DNA from: Betaproteobacteria bacterium
Lineage (GTDB): Bacteria > Pseudomonadota > Gammaproteobacteria > Burkholderiales > Ga0077523
Direction: 5' to 3'
NCBI GenBank assembly: GCA_016125475.1
Contig: WGLR01000003.1
Span: forward strand, 7,945 to 71,944
DNA: 64,000 bases
Shown here: piece by piece, positions 52,301 through 61,300 of the stretch
Numbering within the stretch: the stretch's first letter is position 1
How the letters are laid out: every line of letters begins with the position of its first letter
Notes under the pieces: generated by a model
Databases searched by the model: none
What the model saw: only the letters and a program-made list of their open reading frames with translations
What the model was told of the DNA's origin: nothing
Position numbers and translations under genes: made by a program

Positions 52301-55300
52301 GCTCACGGCCGACGACGGCCAGAGCGTGGACCGGCAGAACATCGTGCTGCGGGCGTCGCTCGAACCTGTTCCGCCCACGCTGCTCGTCGAACTCACGCCG
52401 GGCTTCCCGGCCCTGCCGGACCAGGGCGTGCTGCTGCACGCTGTCGCCGACAGCTTCTCCGCGCTCGCGTCGCTGCGCGTGTTCGTGGGTGGGCAGGAGA
52501 TCGCACTCGACGACGACGGGCGCGCGTTCATCAGTGCGTCGACGCCCGGCAAGATCGAGGTGCGGGCCGTCGCGACCGACGTGGACGGCGGTGTCGCGGA
52601 ACGTACGCTGTTCTTCAAGGTCCGCGATCCGGACGACAGGGCGGCGCCGGTCGTCGCGCTTGGGGCGGACGTCGTCCGGGCCCGCGTGACCGGCGCGATC
52701 GACGTCGACGCGTCGGTGTCCGACGTGAACCTCGACACGTGGCGTCTCGAGATTTCCGGCGACGGCAGCCACTGGCAGGTGCTCGCGGAGGGGGACGACT
52801 CCGTCGACGGCGCGCTCGCCCAGTTCGACGGCCGCCGTTTCGCGAACGGGTTCTACACGCTCCGCGTCACCGCACGCGACATCGGCGGGCGCACGACCGT
52901 CGCGACGACCCGGATCGAGGTCGACACGGCGACCAAGCTCGGGCAGTACACGCGCGACGACACGGACCTCGTGGTCGATCTCGGAGGCGGCGTGACGTGG
53001 ACGCTCGCGCGTGCGTACGACTCCCTCGGCCAGACGGGGGCGTTCGGTGCAGGGTGGCACCTGCCTGGCCGGGACGTCGACTTCGAATCGAACGTGCCGC
53101 TCACGGGCCGCGAACATCTCGGCGTCTTCGATGCGTATGCGGACGGCACGCGGGTCTACCTGACGCTCCCCACGGGCGAGAGAGCAGGCTTCTCGTTCAC
53201 GCCTACGGAGGTGGACGTCGGCGGCGTGAAGTTCTGGCGTGCGGCCTGGGCGGCCGCGGACGGCAGCGGCTACCGGCTGTCCTCGTCCGCAGTGCTGCTC
53301 ACGAAGGCTGGTGGCAGCTACTACCGCTCGGCGGACGGGCAGCCCTACAACCCGCTCTCGCCGGCCGCGGACGGCACCGACTTCACGCTCGAGGCGCCGG
53401 ACGGCACGCGCTATCTCATCGACGCAGCCCGGGGAACGCAGGAGATCGTCACGGCCGCGGGCAAGCGCCTCTTCCTGAGCGACAACGCGGTCACGGCCGA
53501 GAACGGGGCCGCGCTCACGTTCCTGCGAGACCCGGCAGGACGGATCGTGCGCGCCGTCGCACCGGACGGCACGACGGTCACGTACCGCTACGACGCGGAC
53601 GGCCGGCTCGTCGCCTCCCGGAATCTCTCCACGGGCGAGGGCGCGCGCTATGCCTACGAGCAGGGCCGCCTAGTCGGCGTGTCGATCGTCGGGCAGGGGG
53701 GCGAAGCGATCGCCTATGGTGGTGACGGTACCGTCGTCGTGAGCGCGATCGATGCCGATCTCGGCGGTTCGGCCGAGTTCACGGGGCGCGTGACGGATGG
53801 CGACGTCACCGCCGGCGAAAGCGACCGTTACACGTTCAGCGTGCGGGCGAGCGAGGTCCTCGGCACTGCCGGCGGACAGCTCATCGTGCGGGCGGAAGTC
53901 GAGGGGCTCGGCGGCTTCACGGCATCGGATCCCGCGGTATCGGGTCTCGCGCCGCTCTCCGTCGAACGCGACGGTGATCGCGTCACGGCGCTTTTCGCGG
54001 TGCAGGAGGAAGGGCTCTACACGCTCGCGGTGAGCGGGGAAGCCGGAACCGGGGGAAGTTACCGGCTGTCGCTGTCGATCGCGGGCGACCTCGATCTCGA
54101 CGGCACCGTGGACGGTGTCGACAGCGGGCTCATGGACGCGGGCGGCGCGTCCGCGGACATCGACGGCGACGGCACGACGGACCGCACGGACCGGCAGGTG
54201 CTGTTCGCGAACTTCGGCTTCACGCAGAACGTCGGGCCGCAGATCGCCGCGGACCTGCCGGACGTCTTCACGCACGAGGCGCTGCAGGTGCTCGTCGACC
54301 TCGCCGCGGTCGCGGACGATCCCGATGGCGACGCGGTCTATTACCGTGTGCTCTCGAGCGAGCACGGCGACGCCGTGCTGTCCGCGGACGGACGGTTCGT
54401 GATCTTCACGCCCGAGGCGGGATTCTCCGGCGACGCGAGCTTCCGGATCACCGCAGACGACGGATTCAACAGCTCGCCCGAGGTCGACGTGCCCGTGACG
54501 GTGAGCGACGCACCGCTCGTCGCGATCGACTTCGCGGAGCGGCGCCTGCTCGTCGACGTCGGGGAGACGTCCGTGATCCGCGTGATCGGCGACTTCGCCG
54601 ATCAGCAGGACGTCGCGCTGCCGCTCGCGTACGTCAACGCCCGCGTGCTCGATCCCGCCGTCGCGACGCTCACCCCGCAGGGTCTGCTCACCGCCGTGAA
54701 GGACGGCCACACGGTGCTGATGGCGAGCCGCGGTGCGGCCGCTGCGGCCACCGTGATCGGGGTCGGGATGCCCGCGGACGACAATCTCATGATCTCCCGG
54801 GTGCTGGGCATCGACGCGTATCCGGACAGCGTGACCATCGTGCCTCAGGGAGGCACGCGCCAGATCGTCACGTCGCTCGGCTTCGGCCAGCAGACGTTCG
54901 TCACCGAAGGCGAAAACGGCACGCGTTACGTCATCGGCAACACCGACGTCGCGACGGTCACCGAGGACGGGCTCGTCGAGGCCGTCGGGGCCGTCGGGGC
55001 CGGCGAAACCACGGTGACGGTCATCTACGGACATGGCGAGGAAGTCATCCGCGTCAAGGTCGAGGCGCCGGTCACCACGACCGGGACCGCGACCATCGGG
55101 GAGAACGGCGGTGTCGTCGCGAACGGCGAAGGCGTGATGGTCGCCTTCGGACCCGGACAGGTCACGGGTGACGCGGTCGTGACGGTCACGACCGTCGCGG
55201 AGCAGGACCTGTCGCTCGCCCTGCCGTCGAACCCGCAGGGCGAGACGACGTTCGATTACGTCGGTGCGTTCGATCTCGACATCGCGGGCGGTGAGTTGAA

Positions 55301-58300
55301 CGGACCGCTGCAGCTCGCGGTTCCCGTCGCGCCGGGAGCCGCCGAGCCGGGCGACACGGTCTATTTCTTCCAGAAGCGCATCCTGCCGGTCGGGCCGGAC
55401 GGCGAATTCATGGATGTCTGGACCGTCGTCGATTCCGGCAGGGTCGGCGCGGACGGGATGGCGCGCAGCGCCTCGCCGCCGTTCCCGGGCCTCAGCAACC
55501 GCGGCAACGTGCTGGTGGCCCGGGCGGCGCAGCCGCTCGGGATCATCCGGATCGACCTCGGCTACACGGCCGGGCTCACGATGGCGTTCTCGCTCGCGAT
55601 CGGCATCGCCGCGACGGGCGGCCTCGCGGGCGCCGTGGTGGGTGCGGGCCTCATCGCGGGTTATGCCGGCATGCTCGTGCTGCCGCTCGCGTACCAGGCC
55701 CAGCAGCTCCGGATCTGGCGCGACTGGGCCGCGAACCCGCAGGGTTACGACCTCGACGTGAACGTGCCGCCGAACGCGCCGATCACGCAGATCATTCCCG
55801 ACATCCCGGCGCCGCCGACGACCGGGGGCGATCCGACACTGCCGCGCATCGACACGCTCGACGCGACCGTCGACGGCAACGGCGACGTGCAGCTCACGAT
55901 CGGCGGCTACAGCTTCTTCGACCTGCAGAGCCCGGCGTTCGCGGGTGACGTGATCGGCGACGACATCCGGGACGCACGCGTCGTCTTCCAGATGCAGGGG
56001 CGGGAAGTCGTCGTGAAGGGCGAGGACTTCGTCGATGCCTACAGCGAGGTCGACGCCTCGGGCGCGTTCCACAGCACGCTGGTTCTCGACGTGCCGCAGG
56101 ACGTGCTGCTCGGCATGAGCGACATCCGCGTCGACCGGCCACACTACGAGGTCGCGGCGAGCGCCGGCGGCGTGGACGTCGACGTGGCCTGGACCGGCAG
56201 CACGACGGCGAGCATCGACAACAAGGGCGGCTACGGCTTCACGGGGCACTGGGGGCCCGGTGGCGCCGCGGTGCTGGACGTGATCGACATCGCGCGCATC
56301 GACGAGACGAACGTGACCGAACGCGTGATCAAGCAGATCGCGTTCGACGGTGCGGGCTCGGTCTGGGACGCCATCGCGACGCCCGACCTCTCGCGCGTCT
56401 ACGTCGCGACGAACGACGGCATCGGGGTCGTCGACGCGTTCACGCTGCAGCAGTTCGACGTCGACCCCGACGCGGCCGGCATCAATCGCATCGACATCCC
56501 GTTCGGCGGGCGCGTGACGGATCTCACGCTCGACCCGTCGGGTCGGTACCTGTACGCGGCCGGGACCGGTCTCGTCTACATCATCGACCTGAATCCGGGA
56601 TCGCCGGACTTCCACAAGGTCACGACGGTGCTCGGCGTCGACTCGCCCGCGAACGGCAAGATCAACGACATCCGCGTGAACGCGGACGGCACCCGGCTGT
56701 TCGTCGCCGTGCCGCACACCGAGCTCTTCGGCCCGATGAGCTGGAACAGCGGCAGCCGCGAGGCCGGGAAGATCATCGTCTACAACGTGGACGAGAACGA
56801 CCGCACGAGCAGCGGCAATCCGGGCGGTTCGCGCAGGTGGCACGAGGTCATCGGCACGTTCGACGCCGGCCTCGAGCCCTTCGAGATCGAGGCGACGACC
56901 GACCGCGATCTCATGATCTTCACGTCGCGGCTCGATCTCAGGAAAGGCCTGCATCCGCTGCGCATCACGAACGACAATCCGAACGGCTTCCAGGTCTCGA
57001 TCGGGACGATCGGCCTCACCCTCAACAACGAACGCGTCGGCGTACGGACGTTCGGGGGCAGCTACGACCCGTTCGGCTACTACCCGGGGTTCACGACGCG
57101 GCTCACGGGCCAGGTCTTCGACCTCGACGTGCGCAACGCGACGGGTGTCGCGGTCACGCCCGACCGCAAGTACGCTTTCGTGGGCGACTGGTACATCCCG
57201 CGCCTGTTCTACATGGACCCGATGACCGCGGTCGAGATCGAGGACCTGCACCACGTGGGATCGAAGATTGCCGTGGTGAAGGATCCCTTCGGGCCGAACC
57301 CGACCGTGCTCGGCGCGACCTCGCCGATCCCGATGTCGTTCCTCGAGGAGGTCGAGGTCGATGCCGCCGGCAAGAAGCTCTACGTGAATTTCCGCAACGT
57401 CGGCAACGTCGCCGTCTACGACATCGAGAAGCTCGAACTGCGCGCGGAGTCGGGAGCCCAGGACTTCCACGACCTGCCGCTCGACCACGCGTGGGCGGAC
57501 GATTCCGATCCCGCGAACGTGTTCAACCTGCCCGCCATCGACGTGCAGGAACTGAGCCGCGGTCTCTCGCTGCAGGAGAACCAGGTGCTGCGGCTCATCG
57601 CACCGACGGGCGTCGTCGATCTGGACGGCACGGGCAACGAACCGCTCACGTTCGAGTGGGAGATCGACACGGGGCTGCTCGGCGAGGCCGACTACCGGTC
57701 GCGGCTCTACTTCAGCGCGCTCGCGCCGGGCGAAGGGCTGTACCCGGACGATCCGTATCGCGACCGCAAGGAGAATGCGCCCGGAGATTTCGCGTTCGGA
57801 CAGGCCACCTTCCTGGATCTGCTCGAGTACGCGTTCAGCGATCCGCCCAGCGTGCCGGACGACCAGGATGCGAATCCCGGGAGGATCCTCACGATCGGGC
57901 AGGGGCTCGAGATCGGCAGGAAGTACCGTGTCGACGCCGACGGGAACGTCTCCGCGATCGGCGACGCACCGGACCCGAAGCGCACGATCGTCGAACTCGA
58001 TGCCGCGTATCGAAAGGCGCTCACGGCCGGACAGTTCTACTACTGGGGGGTCGAGATCGAGAACCGGGGGATCGACCGGGCCGAGGCATTCACGGCGAAG
58101 CACGTCGAGAACACGGGTACGTACAACGGCGTGACCGTGCTCACGCACGGCTTCCAGCTCGACCCGCGGACGGATCTCGCCAACTCGTCGTTCCAGCAGC
58201 CCGAAGCGTTCATCGATCTCGCGCGGCTCATCTCGACCGCGGGCGGTGGCGGGGTCGTCATGCTCTACGACAAGAACACGGGGCAATGGCGAGAGGTGAA

Positions 58301-61300
58301 GGCCGACGGCAGCTTCGGTGCCACCGGCTCGGCGGCCCTCCTGCCGGGCAAGCCGGTCGTGCTCGTGTCGGACTGGAACCGCGAGTCCGACATCAGCGAT
58401 TCCGGTTTCTCGGAGGCCGCCGCGGATGCGCTGTTCGCGTCGTTGCTGGATCTCGACGTACAGACGGGTCACACGCTGCTGAAATCGCCGCTGCACTTCA
58501 TCGGCCACAGCCGGGGTACGTCCGTCAACAGCGAGATCATCCAGCGGCTGGGCTGGTACGACATCGTGACGAGCGGCATCCAGATGACCACGCTCGATCC
58601 GCACGAGTTCGAGCAGAAGAGCCTCGACGTACCGCTCACGCAGCTCGTCGAGTATGCGCAGGCGGCCCTCACCGCGGTGTCGGTCACCTCGACCGTTGCT
58701 TCGCTGGCGGGTGGCAATGTCCCGCTCGCGATCAAGATCGCGATCTGGACGTGGAAGCTCGGTCAGTGGCTCGCGAACGCGACGACGTCCGTCGCCAAGA
58801 ATCTCGGGGTGCAGATCAAGCCGATCCCCTACGCAGACTTCAAGGATCCCGATGTCAAGGTATGGGCGAACGTCGCATTCGCCGACAACTACTACCAGAC
58901 CGCAGCCAACCCGAACGCGACGCCGGGGCTGCTTCTGAACCATTTCACCGCCACACCCAACGGACGTTCCATCCCGGGTGTCAGTCTCGACGTGAACCTC
59001 AACCTCGTCTCGGGCTTCCAGCAGGAGGACTTTCTCGGCTTCGGCATCGACATGGGTGTCGGCGGGCCGCACAGCCGTGTCTGGCAGTGGTATGCCGGCA
59101 CGGTCAACACCGGGATTCTCGAGTTCGACGGCAATCCGATCTGGCGTTCACTCGGCGACGAGGGGCTCGCGACCGAGGCACTCGGGCTGCCGATGAAGGA
59201 CTACCAGTTCGGCACGACGCCCTGGTATTCGGTCGATCCGGCGTGGGTGGACTCGGGACAGTGGGGCACGAACGGCAGCATCACGGAGGGCGTGGGCGCC
59301 GGCTGGTACTTCAGCCCAACCGGAGGCGGCATGGCGTACCGACCCGGTTCCGGAGGAACCGTGGCGTTCAGCACCGACAACACGGAAGTCACCGACGCGC
59401 CGGCGGGATTCCCGGACGTCAACTCCGTCTTCAACGGGAGCTTCGAGTACGGCACGCGCCAGTCCCTGCTCAACTACATCGCATGGAAGGCGTCCGGGGC
59501 GGCGGATCTTCCTGGCGACCTGGGACGCTTCCCCGTGTCCTACGAGATTCCCGGCTGGTCGATGCACGGCGGCCAGGGCTTCACGGTCGGGGTCCCGGTC
59601 TTCGGTGACATCGACATCGGCGGGCTCTTCATGGTCGAGACCTCGCCGACGGAGAACTTCAAGCGGTTCGTGAAGTACGCGATCGACACTTACGTCGACA
59701 AGATGTTCGAGACCGCCCAGCAGACCGTGCTCAAGTTCGTCCTGCCGGACATCCCCGGCACGCGGGACCAGAGACTGCTCAAGTTCGCCGAGCAGAAGCT
59801 GCTCGCGAAGTTCGGCGTGCCGCCGTCCCAGGCCGTGCTCGGCAAATACTTCTCCGCAGTCAAGGCACTCGACAAGGCAGGTCAGCTCGCGATCTTCTTC
59901 CTCGACAAGATCATCACCCAGATCGCGTCCGAGACCGGCACGCCGGGTCCGAATCTGCAGGATGCGATCACGGGTGCACCGGGGCCCAACGGACTGCCGC
60001 TCGGGATCGACAACATCAAGGCCTACCTTCAGTTCGGGATCGACCAGGGCGTGAGTTTCCTCCCCAACTTCCCGAGCGACTACGCCCTGATCATGGGTGC
60101 CGGTGAAGCGCTCCGCAGCGTGATCGGGAACGGTCTGCCAGACGGGGCGAGCACGCTGCGTGACGCCCTGCTGAATTACCTCGACTACAACTCGAATCTC
60201 GACAGCATCACGCACAACCGCCTGTACATCCCCGCGGGCAAGCAGTTCCTGCGCTTCAATGTCTGGACACCCGTCGCATTCCTGCCGGACTCGAAGCTCG
60301 AGATCACGTTCACGAAGCTCGACGGCACGAGTGCGACGGTCGAGAAGGTCATCGAAGAAGGGCTCTTCTCCGGCAAGGATTACGCCGTGCCGATTCCCGA
60401 CGGTTTCGCGGGCGAGATCGCGACGTTCACCGTCAGGCACGAGGGCATGGGCGTCACGGAAGAGTTCCGTCAATACCTCCAGGATCTCGTGGACATCGAT
60501 GCGTTCGACGGGACTGCGGCCGAATCGATCGGTGGCGTGATCCAGTATGCGGCCGGTGCCTTCGCGGGCGTCGTCGGCGGAATGAGCCAGCTCATGCTCG
60601 TGGACGACTTCCAGTTCACGGACACCGAGACCGGCACGCCGCTGCTCGGCGAAAGCTTCGCGATGACCGGCACGGCGGACACCTCGGGTGGCGTCACCCT
60701 GGACGACGTCGAGGCGATGGCGGACCTCGCGCGAACGCAGTGGCTCACCGTGGACGGCCTTGACGACGTCGCGGCGACGCTGGAGTCGATCCGGTTCGAC
60801 GTGACGGACCTCACCGGCACGTCGCTCGCGGTCTTCGACAACGGCGTGATCCGCGTCGACCGGGACGCGGCGGGGATGGGATGGTTCGTCGACGCGACGC
60901 CGGACGACGCCGCGGAGTTCGCCGCAACGAGCCAGGCGGGCGAGTGGCGGGCGTCCGCGACGTCCGCCGCGTTCGGCCGCTACGACCTGCTCACGGTGAT
61001 CTCCCACGAGATGGGCCACGCGCTAGGGCTCGCGGACGTGTCCACGAGCGTGGAACCCGGGCGGCTCATGACTGCGTCGCTCGGGACGGGCACGAGGCGG
61101 ATGGCCTCGGTGCAGGACGTCCCGACAGCGGACTCGAGCGGGGCCGGCACCGTCGACACGCTCCCTGCCGCTCCGATCGTGCTGAACCTCGCGTCACCGC
61201 GATCGCCTGCCGTGACCGTCGCGGCCCCGCAGACACTGGCCGGATCGGGATCCCCGCTCCTCGAAGGCATCACGAACGGCACGTTCGCGGTGAGTGACGG

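Noticed and set aside
52947-53690. Interpreting G2 as an RHS/polymorphic toxin because of the YD repeats
   Set aside because: The YD run is only ~250 residues. There is no shell-length repeat region, no core-end motif, and no variable toxin tip or immunity gene. The repeats are followed by further structural domains.
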